This document shows, in pieces, positions 55,033 through 64,000 of a stretch of DNA of 64,000 nt. A program made the translations under genes and the position numbers. The stretch is from an uncultured Bacteroidaceae bacterium (lineage in GTDB: Bacteria; Bacteroidota; Bacteroidia; Bacteroidales; Bacteroidaceae). The notes beneath the pieces were generated by a model. The model did no database searches. It was not told where the DNA came from and saw only the letters and a list, made by a program, of their open reading frames with translations. The stretch is taken from NCBI GenBank assembly GCA_905235525.1, contig CAJOLW010000025.1, positions 3,452 to 67,451 of the forward strand. The letters are read 5' to 3'. Positions within the stretch are counted from its first letter, which is position 1; each line of letters opens with the position of its first letter.

Positions 55033-55145
55033 AAATGTTAGATATTAAATGTAAAATATAAAATGTCAAATAAACCTTTAAGAATGCTTACATTACATCG
55101 GGTCATACTTAACATCTGTCATTTTACATCTAACATCTAACATTT
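55033..55145. repeat. 25-bp imperfect inverted repeat built of AAATGTN/AGATGTT heptads
   Basis: AAATGTTAGATATTAAATGTAAAAT (55033-55057) matches the reverse complement of ATTTTACATCTAACATCTAACATTT (55121-55145) at 23/25. Confidence 0.7.
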
Positions 55146-55151
55146 TGCATA

Positions 55152-58100
55152 TTATTGTAATTGTATGCCAGCGTTCTCGCACTTTGACATAAAAGCACTG
55201 TATAACGTTTGGATTTCGCTATCCATCTTTATGGCTTTCTTACCGTAGTCAGATGCCTTGGCGGTTTTCGATTTGGCAAGTTTATTGTAACTGTCTTGAA
55301 TTGCAGCCAATGCATAAACTTCCTGATGGCAATCGCGGACGCTGCCTGCAAAATAGACATTACTCAACGACAGATACCACCTGATGTATTCCTTGGAATG
55401 CTTCTCGATTTGATCGAGGATGGGGACAGCCCTTTCGGGTTTGTCACATGCAATGAATGCATCGGCTATGTCAAGCGATGAACTGTTGAGGCTGTGTGGC
55501 ACGTTGTATGAAGGAATTTCCTTCTCGCACTTGTCAAGTGCTTTAAGTGCCATGTCTGTCTTGCCCTCTTTCACAAGGTTGGTGATGAGAGTGGCAAACC
55601 AACGACGATGGGTGTAGCACATGCGCATTGTAGTTTCGTCAATGTACAGACCTGGTTGCTTCAAGTTACCATAGTGGTACTTGTTCATCATGTTGTCATA
55701 CATTTTTTCTGTGTCTGCCACTGCATGTACAACGCCATGTATAATCTCATTTTCGGGGAAGACATATGGTGCGATTCGCCATGCCATTCCTTCCAAGATG
55801 AAGTGACGCCAAAGATTGCCAAAATTGCTGGAACCTACAGTGGTGGACATATAGAGTGGTCGTGAGAAATTGCTCTGTGCAATCATCTCCAACATCATGA
55901 TGAAACTCTTTGATACTCGTCCTTGGCCAGCCAAACTGATGGTCATTTGGTCAGGAATGACTTTGTTACCCAATGTGTCGGTCGGAATCATCATACCTGA
56001 GCGACGAACGGCTTCTTTATCAACGGTCACATACAATGTGTCGCTGGGCAGACAAGCAGGGAGTGATGCCACCAATTCCTTGTCGCTTTCCGACAGATCT
56101 CCATAGTTTTTCAGAAGGAATTTTTGGATGGCTGTCTTCAGTTCGAATGGGTTGTCCCCCCACAGACGTTTGGCAAGAGCCGGATCTTGTGCTGTCACTT
56201 CCTTGACAAGGTCTTTCATGCTTATCAATCCATCGCCAATCTTCACTTCTGGATTCACGTCTGTCATCTCTTGTTTGCCAGCCGTGTATTGGTAACGTTT
56301 CCATGAGATGGGAAGTGGGCTTGACTGACCTTCGCCAGAGAAGGCTGGACGCTTCATCTGGTCTATGTACCAGTCGGTTTGGAGGTAGGAGAGATTGCAC
56401 ACACGTACATCAGTGCGTTTTCCCTCAGTGTCCTCGTTGTACCAAAGTGGGAAGGTGTCGTTGTCACCATTGGTGTAAATGACACCATCATGTGGGATAG
56501 TTTCAAGATAATTCAATCCGAAATCTCGACACATGTAGCGATCAGAGCGGTCGTGGTCGTCCCACGTCTGGCTCACCATCTGCAAGGGCACTGCTACAGC
56601 GGGCACAAGACCTACTGCACCGGCAATAATGCCTGCCATACGCTTTTCCATCTTCTCGCCAAGCCACTTGCCCAACAGGTCGTAGATGGCAGCGATACCA
56701 AGTCCGCACCACATGGCGAATGCATAGAATGAACCAGCATAGGCATAGTCACGTTCACGGGGTTGGAGTGGCGTCTGATTCAGATAGATGACGATGGCGA
56801 CACCTGTCATGAAAAAGAGGAAAAATACGACCCAGAACTGTTGGATGCCTTTCTTGTCACGGAATGCCTGCCAGAAAAGACCGAGGAGACCAAGAATGAG
56901 TGGAAGACAATAGAAGACGTTATGCCCCTTGTTTTCTTTTAAATCGGAAGGCAATAAATCTTGATTGCCTAAACGCATGTTGTCAAGCCAGTCGAAACCT
57001 GAGAGCCAGTTGCCGTTCTCAAGTTCGCCATTGCCCTGAATATCGTTTTGGCGACCGGCAAAGTTCCACATGAAGTAACGCCAATACATCCAGTTCATCT
57101 GATAAGAGAGGAAAAAACGGATATTGTCTATCTGTCCTGGAATCTCGAGAGTTTGGGGTTCACGCCCTGGCACTTTGTATTCTACCGAATGATAAGAGAC
57201 ATTGCCCAGCCATGACTCATATGCTTGCACATGATATGGTTCGTCGCTATAAATGCGAGGGAAGAGCATGCACTGGTTGGTGGGGTATTTGAGGGAGAAC
57301 TTGTCGCGAATCTTCACGTATTCGTCTTTTTCATTCTCATTTTCCTTATCCTTGCGTTGATAGACAGGTGCACCTTTCTCTGTTGCATATGTGAGGTAAC
57401 CGTCACCATTGTCCTTCAGTTCTGGCTGCGACTTGTAAGTCTGACCAAAGAAGAGGGGGCGTTCGCCATACTGCTCACGACCTAAGTATTCACCCAGTGT
57501 AAACACATCCTCTGGAGAGTTCTGGTCCATGGGAGGATTGGCTGTGGAACGGATAACGATGACAGCATAGGAACTGTAGCCTACGGTCATCAGGGTCATG
57601 CATAAGATGGCGGTATTGAGGATGCGTGGGGTTGCCTTTTTTGTATAGAAAAGCACGCCAGCAATAATGCCCAGCACAATGATACCAATTACAACAGATG
57701 CCACGCCATGTCCATAGAAAGGGATGCCGAGGAGTGCGGTGCAGACAATGAACGAGACGTACATATGGTTCTCATTCTTAGCCTGAGTGGTCTCTCGTAA
57801 TGCCCAAACAAGCGCAATGGCAAGCAGGGTGAGGTAGATGTAAAGTCCGATGTTGTAAGGCATGCCCAATGTGTTGACAAATAACAACTCAAACCATCCG
57901 CCAATCTTCACGATGCCTGGAACGATACCGTAGAGCACGGCAGCCACGATGATGACCGAAACACCCAACACGATGAGTGACCCTTTTCCTGTAGGATTCT
58001 TGCTCATCTTGTAATAATAGACAAGCACGATAGCGGGGATACAAAGGAGGTTCAGCAGGTGGACACCGATGGAAAGCCCCACTAAATAGGCAATGAATAC

Positions 58101-58631
58101 AAGCCATCGGTCAGAATGGGGGGCATCAGCATTATCCTCCCATTTGAGGATGAGCCAGAATACCAATGCGGTGAAGAAACTGGAGAAGGCATATACTTCA
58201 CCCTCAACGGCTGAAAACCAGAAAGTATCAGACCATGTGTAGATGAGTGCACCAGCAATACCGCTGCCCATTACAGCAAGAATGTGTCCGGTGGTGGGAA
58301 CCTCCTCGTCTTTGATCAACAGTTTCTTGGCCAAATGTGTCACGCTCCAAAAGAGGAAGAGGATACACCCGGCACTGAGCAGGGCACTCATTGTATTGAT
58401 CATCTTAGCCACTTGTGAAGCATCGCTGGCAAAAAGGGAAAATAAATTGCCGAAGAGCATGAAGAAAGGTGCGCCAGGTGGGTGACCTACTTCTAACTTA
58501 TAGGCAGTGGTGATGAATTCAGGGCAGTCCCAAAAACTTGCCGTGGGTTCGATGGTAGAACAGTAGGTGAATGCCGCAATGGCAAAGACCGCCCAACCGA
58601 CTACATTATTGATGATATTATATTTTTTCAT
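55152..58631 (-). CDS. DUF2723 domain-containing large membrane protein (glycosyltransferase-C-like)
   Basis: 1159 aa. N-terminus FTYCSTIEPTASFWDCPEFITTAYKLEVGHPPGAPFFML, many TM helices and a TPR-like C-terminal region. Confidence 0.8.
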   Translation of the reverse strand: MKKYNIINNVVGWAVFAIAAFTYCSTIEPTASFWDCPEFITTAYKLEVGHPPGAPFFMLFGNLFSLFASDASQVAKMINTMSALLSAGCILFLFWSVTHLAKKLLIKDEEVPTTGHILAVMGSGIAGALIYTWSDTFWFSAVEGEVYAFSSFFTALVFWLILKWEDNADAPHSDRWLVFIAYLVGLSIGVHLLNLLCIPAIVLVYYYKMSKNPTGKGSLIVLGVSVIIVAAVLYGIVPGIVKIGGWFELLFVNTLGMPYNIGLYIYLTLLAIALVWALRETTQAKNENHMYVSFIVCTALLGIPFYGHGVASVVIGIIVLGIIAGVLFYTKKATPRILNTAILCMTLMTVGYSSYAVIVIRSTANPPMDQNSPEDVFTLGEYLGREQYGERPLFFGQTYKSQPELKDNGDGYLTYATEKGAPVYQRKDKENENEKDEYVKIRDKFSLKYPTNQCMLFPRIYSDEPYHVQAYESWLGNVSYHSVEYKVPGREPQTLEIPGQIDNIRFFLSYQMNWMYWRYFMWNFAGRQNDIQGNGELENGNWLSGFDWLDNMRLGNQDLLPSDLKENKGHNVFYCLPLILGLLGLFWQAFRDKKGIQQFWVVFFLFFMTGVAIVIYLNQTPLQPRERDYAYAGSFYAFAMWCGLGIAAIYDLLGKWLGEKMEKRMAGIIAGAVGLVPAVAVPLQMVSQTWDDHDRSDRYMCRDFGLNYLETIPHDGVIYTNGDNDTFPLWYNEDTEGKRTDVRVCNLSYLQTDWYIDQMKRPAFSGEGQSSPLPISWKRYQYTAGKQEMTDVNPEVKIGDGLISMKDLVKEVTAQDPALAKRLWGDNPFELKTAIQKFLLKNYGDLSESDKELVASLPACLPSDTLYVTVDKEAVRRSGMMIPTDTLGNKVIPDQMTISLAGQGRVSKSFIMMLEMIAQSNFSRPLYMSTTVGSSNFGNLWRHFILEGMAWRIAPYVFPENEIIHGVVHAVADTEKMYDNMMNKYHYGNLKQPGLYIDETTMRMCYTHRRWFATLITNLVKEGKTDMALKALDKCEKEIPSYNVPHSLNSSSLDIADAFIACDKPERAVPILDQIEKHSKEYIRWYLSLSNVYFAGSVRDCHQEVYALAAIQDSYNKLAKSKTAKASDYGKKAIKMDSEIQTLYSAFMSKCENAGIQLQ

Positions 58632-58671
58632 ATGGATGACAGAAATGATTCTAATTCAGTGCTTGGGCTGG

Positions 58672-59685
58672 TTATTCAATTCCCTTCAATTCGACAGTGA
58701 AGATGAGGGCTGAATAAGGCTTGATGTCATCACCTGCCCCACGTTCGCCGTATCCCAATTGATAAGGGATGTAAATTTCCCACTTCGAGCCCATAGGCAT
58801 CAGTTGCAGGGCTTCTGTCCAACCTGGAATGACTTGATTAACCCCGAAGGTAGTGGGTGTTCCTCGCTTATAACTGCTGTCAAACACGGTGCCATCGATA
58901 AGGCGGCCCTCGTAGTCAACCGTCACCTTTTGATCGGCTTTAGGTTTGTCACCTGTGCCTTGTGTGATAATCTTGTACTGAAGACCGCTGGCTGTACTAA
59001 CTACACCAGGTTTGGTACGGTTCTCCTCAAGGAACTTCTCACCTGCCACACGGTATTTCTCATTGTTGGCAACCTGACGCTCTTTCATGCGTGTTTGGAA
59101 CACTCTTGAAGCGCTATCAACAGGCACATCGTTCTGTCCGAGCAAGCCAGCCACAATGCCACTTGCCACGATGGAGGGATTGACACTCTTTCCCTCATCG
59201 GGGGTGTAGTAATCTGTAGAGAACTGCTTGGTCATATCTACGATTCTTTCACCAATTTGGGTGCCAGCACCCAATGCCGCATCCTCCTTGTCGTTGGGGT
59301 CAGCATTGGCACGATTGAGAATGCCTTCAGCAAACTTGCTGAGATGATCTTCGTCCACACCAAACTGCTGGGTGGCATATTCTTTCAAACCATTTGATTG
59401 GGCAATGCCGAACAGGTAAGCCAGTTCTTCGTCAGCATTCGTAATGGCGGGCTTTTCGAAGTTTACGGTGTTGGTTGCCTTTTTGCCACTTTTTTGTGCT
59501 TCAATGAAAGCGGCAAGTTCTGCCTTCTGCTTCTCCTTAAAGGCCTTCAAGTCTGCAGCATCCTGCACCTTCTTTGCCTTGGCGGCTTCTTTGGCTGCCC
59601 ATGCGGCATCTTTAGCCTCTGTCTGTGCGAAAACAGCGTTTGCCATGGCAAACGCTGCTATAGTAAGTGTGAGTATTTTCTTCAT
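58672..59685 (-). CDS. FKBP-type peptidyl-prolyl cis-trans isomerase (Mip/FkpA-like, secreted)
   Basis: 337 aa with a signal peptide and C-terminal VTVDYEGRLIDGTVFDSSYKRGTPTTFGVNQVIPGWTEALQLMPMGSKWEIYIP. Confidence 0.9.
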   Translation of the reverse strand: MKKILTLTIAAFAMANAVFAQTEAKDAAWAAKEAAKAKKVQDAADLKAFKEKQKAELAAFIEAQKSGKKATNTVNFEKPAITNADEELAYLFGIAQSNGLKEYATQQFGVDEDHLSKFAEGILNRANADPNDKEDAALGAGTQIGERIVDMTKQFSTDYYTPDEGKSVNPSIVASGIVAGLLGQNDVPVDSASRVFQTRMKERQVANNEKYRVAGEKFLEENRTKPGVVSTASGLQYKIITQGTGDKPKADQKVTVDYEGRLIDGTVFDSSYKRGTPTTFGVNQVIPGWTEALQLMPMGSKWEIYIPYQLGYGERGAGDDIKPYSALIFTVELKGIE

Positions 59686-59737
59686 TTTTTTATCTTTTCA
59701 AACTCTATACTCTGATTTCTGCATCTTCATCGCATCA

Positions 59738-60601
59738 TTATTTCAACACTTCAATCGTGAAGATAAGTGTAGAGAAAGGTTTGATGAGACCTTGGTTCTG
59801 AGTGCCATAGGCTAATTCCTGTGGAATAGTAACTTCCCATTTTGAACCAGCGGGCATCATCTTCAGGGCTTCCACCCAACCTTCAATAACACGTGGCATA
59901 GACATATCAACTGTGAATGGCATATTGCGCTCGTAACTGCTGTCAAATACAGTACCGTCAATCAGTTTGCCTTCATAGTTCACCTGTACCTTTGATGTAT
60001 CAGTAGGAAGGGCACCTGTGCCTTCTACGAGCACCTTATACTGCAAGCCACTTTTAGTCTCCTTCACACCCTCTTTCTTCTTGTTTTGAGCCAGATACTT
60101 CTCACCGGCAGCCTTGTTATCACCAAAATCCTTCAGAAGTTGTGTTTCACGGATGGGTTCCAACTTTTTGTTGAAATCAGTGTATGCCTGTTCTGCTGTA
60201 CGACTGTCTGTACCCTTCAGACCTGCCATGAAACCGGCAATGATGGTCTTGATGTTCACACTCTTTGTCGAGTCATCGCCATACACCTGTTGAGTCAGGC
60301 TTTTTCCCAAACTCTGGATGTCCTTACCTACTTCCAATCCCTTCAAATAGGCTTCCTTTTTGGGGTCACTTTCATTCACGGCACCTTCTTTCATTCCTTT
60401 GATGAAGTCGTCGATATAGGCAGAATCAATGCCCAACTGCATTGTCATGTACTGCTTCAGACCTTCTGATTGGAATACACCAAGATCGTAAGCAAGAGAG
60501 TCAACACCATCTTTAAGGTCGGCTTTGCTGCCACCATCGCAAGAAATCATTGTAATGGCAGTCATTGCAACAGCCGCTGCCATCGTCATAAATTTTTTCA
60601 T
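59738..60601 (-). CDS. FKBP-type peptidyl-prolyl cis-trans isomerase (lipoprotein paralogue)
   Basis: 287 aa with lipobox AITMISC and C-terminal VQVNYEGKLIDGTVFDSSYERNMPFTVDMSMPRVIEGWVEALKMMPAGSKWEVTIP. Confidence 0.9.
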   Translation of the reverse strand: MKKFMTMAAAVAMTAITMISCDGGSKADLKDGVDSLAYDLGVFQSEGLKQYMTMQLGIDSAYIDDFIKGMKEGAVNESDPKKEAYLKGLEVGKDIQSLGKSLTQQVYGDDSTKSVNIKTIIAGFMAGLKGTDSRTAEQAYTDFNKKLEPIRETQLLKDFGDNKAAGEKYLAQNKKKEGVKETKSGLQYKVLVEGTGALPTDTSKVQVNYEGKLIDGTVFDSSYERNMPFTVDMSMPRVIEGWVEALKMMPAGSKWEVTIPQELAYGTQNQGLIKPFSTLIFTIEVLK

Positions 60602-60923
60602 TGTCTTTTATGTTTTGATTTAGTGATATTATTCTTTATTCTATCAATTTTGTCTCTCCTCCCCCATAACTCTCCTATCTTCACAAAAAATAGAGACCCA
60701 CCTATGGGTGAGGCTGGTATAAAATCATGCAAAGATAGCGTTTATTTTATTGATTATCCGTTCATGTTCTATAAAAAGTGTATTTTTTTAATGTTTTTTG
60801 TAAAAAAACGTGGCGTTTTGTGGAATAACGAGGTCTTACATAAAGAAAGCAGCAACTCCCCAAAGGAATCGCTGCTCGTTATAGTTGAATCAAATTTTGT
60901 TTTCTTTTCTTCCGTCCTCCGAG

Positions 60924-60957
60924 AAAACTCAAGTGCCAAATTGCACTGAGTTTTTTT
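60924..60957. terminator. bidirectional hairpin terminator
   Basis: AAAACTCA agtgccaaattgcac TGAGTTTTTTT. The plus strand has a T7 tail, and the minus strand reads AAAAAAACTCA...TGAGTTTTCTC. Confidence 0.55.
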
Positions 60958-60991
60958 ACGGAATTCTTTGTAGAGACGTTCAACCTTGTAA

Positions 60992-61069
60992 TTATTTGAA
61001 GATTGAAACATTGCATGCGATGGCTGCTACAGCCACAATCGCTACTGCGATAATTGTCATAGTTTCCAT
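60992..61069 (-). CDS. 25-aa hydrophobic micro-protein candidate
   Basis: METMTIIAVAIVAVAAIACNVSIFK. AGGAG lies 8 nt upstream of the ATG (61078-61082, minus strand), and a hairpin terminator lies 35 nt downstream. Confidence 0.4.
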   Translation of the reverse strand: METMTIIAVAIVAVAAIACNVSIFK

Positions 61070-61460
61070 AAAACAATCTCCTTTCTTAAAATCAATTAAT
61101 AATTACTGTCCAATGTTTAACTAAACCAATTCTATTAACTAAATCTTTTTACCTTATATATGTTGTATAGCCTTGCGGCTGAAAGTTTCAAAAAATTGGA
61201 GGAGGGCTTCTCACGAAGACCTAACTCCTAAATAACAATCTTTTACTAACCTAAATCTAATACCTTTACCAAAACCTATATGATAGAAAAACTAACCTGT
61301 TTGTTTTTATCAAACTATTGTGTTTGTTGTCTTAGGCAAAGGGCTCACTCGCTCTTTTTTTCCTTTTGACGATGCAAAGTTACGGCCTTTTCAGAGTGTG
61401 ACCAACAAAAATGCAAAAAAACGAAGAAAAACGTGTATTTTGTTGATTTATGTCAATGAT

Positions 61461-61508
61461 TGTGTACGCACACACATCAAAAAGCACATTTTTTTGTGTG
61501 CGCACACA
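61461..61508. promoter_or_regulatory. pair of TGTGTRCGCACACA palindromes upstream of the sdh/frd operon
   Basis: TGTGTACGCACACAC at 61461 and the perfect 14-bp palindrome TGTGTGCGCACACA at 61495, centres about 34 bp apart. Confidence 0.4.
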
Positions 61509-61688
61509 GTTTTTGGAGTGAAGCGATTTCTATCTCAAAAAAACAAGGATATAATGAGAAGGTGTTTTTGTCTATTATGATGGAAATAGAGGGTGCTTTT
61601 GAAGTCGAAAAGCGATGTAAAGGGAGAAAAATGAAGTATAAAAACAAACATTTTCCCGAAAAGACTTGGGCATTTGGGAAAATAGAGG

Positions 61689-61696
61689 TATTTTTG
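61689..61696 (+). promoter_or_regulatory. Bacteroidota -7 box (TATTTTTG) for sdhC
   Basis: Matches TAnnTTTG, 69 nt upstream of ATG 61765. Confidence 0.4.
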
Positions 61697-61764
61697 CAGT
61701 TACTCTTGAGAGAGAAGCAAAAAAGAACATATAATAATTAATAACTTAAATTCTTTAACATTTT

Positions 61765-62472
61765 ATGTGGTTAATCAACTCTTCAATCGGAAGGAAAGTG
61801 ATCATGTCGGTGACTGGCTTGGCACTGATTCTCTTCCTGACGTTCCATGGATGCATGAACGTAGTGGCACTTTTTAGTGCGGAGGCGTATAACCAGATTT
61901 GTGAATTGCTCGGCTCCAACTGGTATGCCATTGCGGCTACTTGCGCCTTGGCTGCCCTGATGGTCATTCACATCATCTACGCCTTCATCCTCACCTTCCA
62001 GAACCGGAAGGCTCGCGGTAACAACAAGTATGCTATTACCGACAAGCCCAAGGCTGTGGAATGGGCAAGCCAGAATATGCTGGTGCTGGGTCTTATTGTG
62101 TGTCTCGGACTCATCCTTCACTTAAAGGACTTTTGGGCAAACATGATGTGGGCTGAGATTATTGGTGCGGAAGGTCAGTTCGGCCCGACCGATGGTTTTG
62201 GCTGGATTAAGTACACGTTCTCCAACCCCATCTTCACGGCTCTCTACCTCGTTTGGATTGTGGCCATCTGGTTCCACCTCACTCACGGCTTCTGGTCAGC
62301 CCTGCAGACTCTCGGCTGGAGCGGCCACACTTGGTTCCTCCGCTGGAAGAACATCGGTTACATCTGGTCCACTGCCGTGATGGCCCTGTTTGCTCTCGTG
62401 GCTATCGCCTTCGCTGTATGCCCCGACTGCCTTGGCGGAATGGAAGGCAAGGTGGTTCCTTTCTGGATGTAA
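61765..62472 (+). CDS. sdhC: succinate dehydrogenase/fumarate reductase cytochrome b subunit
   Basis: 235 aa with five TM helices and MWLINSSIGRKVIMSVTGLALILFLTFHGCMN. Confidence 0.9.
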   Translation: MWLINSSIGRKVIMSVTGLALILFLTFHGCMNVVALFSAEAYNQICELLGSNWYAIAATCALAALMVIHIIYAFILTFQNRKARGNNKYAITDKPKAVEWASQNMLVLGLIVCLGLILHLKDFWANMMWAEIIGAEGQFGPTDGFGWIKYTFSNPIFTALYLVWIVAIWFHLTHGFWSALQTLGWSGHTWFLRWKNIGYIWSTAVMALFALVAIAFAVCPDCLGGMEGKVVPFWM

Positions 62473-62593
62473 TCTCATGTACCATTTGACCATTTACTAT
62501 TTACTATTTGCCATGCGGCGAGTGGGTCAGTTGTAAAATGGCTAAATTGGGAAAAAATTGTAAATTGTAAATCGCTAAATTGTAAATAACATT
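62473..62593 (+). repeat. 121-nt intercistronic element (third family member)
   Basis: The head is ATGTACCATTTGACCATTTAC and the tail is CGCTAAATTGTAAATAACATTATG. Contains the mini-ORF 62477-62536. Confidence 0.65.

Positions 62594-64000
<1,407 letters not shown>

Noticed and set aside
61320-61741. Two overlapping plus-strand ORFs (86 and 93 aa) upstream of sdhC
   Set aside because: They are low-complexity lysine/phenylalanine-rich translations across the palindrome and promoter region, with no coding signature.

Overview
This is a 64-kb chromosomal window from a Bacteroidota genome, probably Prevotella/Bacteroides-like. The basis is that TAnnTTTG -7 promoter boxes precede most genes, Shine-Dalgarno sequences are almost absent, and the gene content is typical. 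Most of it is housekeeping: PadR/PspC operon, leuS, yitT-like, recX, ribD, groES-groEL, a large GH2 beta-galactosidase, a C26/M19 peptidase fusion, a DEAD-box helicase, pfkB, M16 peptidase, split chrA, purL, thioesterase, dprA, msbA-like, sufE, an M28/glutaminyl-cyclase-like lipoprotein, rdgB, asnC/lrp, a polysaccharide deacetylase, DUF2723, two FKBP isomerases and sdhC/sdhA. Two blocks look accessory. (i) At 2.4-13.2 kb there is a TolC-HlyD pair plus a MacB-type ABC exporter (two FtsX permeases and an ATPase). It sits with a sigma-54-dependent response regulator and histidine kinase. Both transporter halves are preceded by the same palindromic enhancer site and a TGGCAC-N5-TTGT -24/-12 promoter. 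(ii) At 13.25-22.5 kb there is an island with no mobility genes. It holds three frame-disrupted genes, an ORF6N gene, a Res-like helicase-nuclease, a split Mod-like methyltransferase and two AT-rich genes of unknown function (a 2-TM/coiled-coil protein and a 154-aa protein). This island is my best candidate for a composite or undescribed defence locus. Several small repeat families also run through the window. One is a G/C-rich hairpin element with terminal inverted repeats that sits in frame inside leuS and the response-regulator gene and fills the groES-groEL spacer. Another is a conserved intercistronic element with a mini-ORF found in two unrelated operons. The others are GTACCC hairpin clusters and heptad-periodic spacer arrays or long hairpins. 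I found no rRNA, tRNA, CRISPR array, integrase or transposase. All calls come from reading the sequence and ORF translations only; no database search was run.
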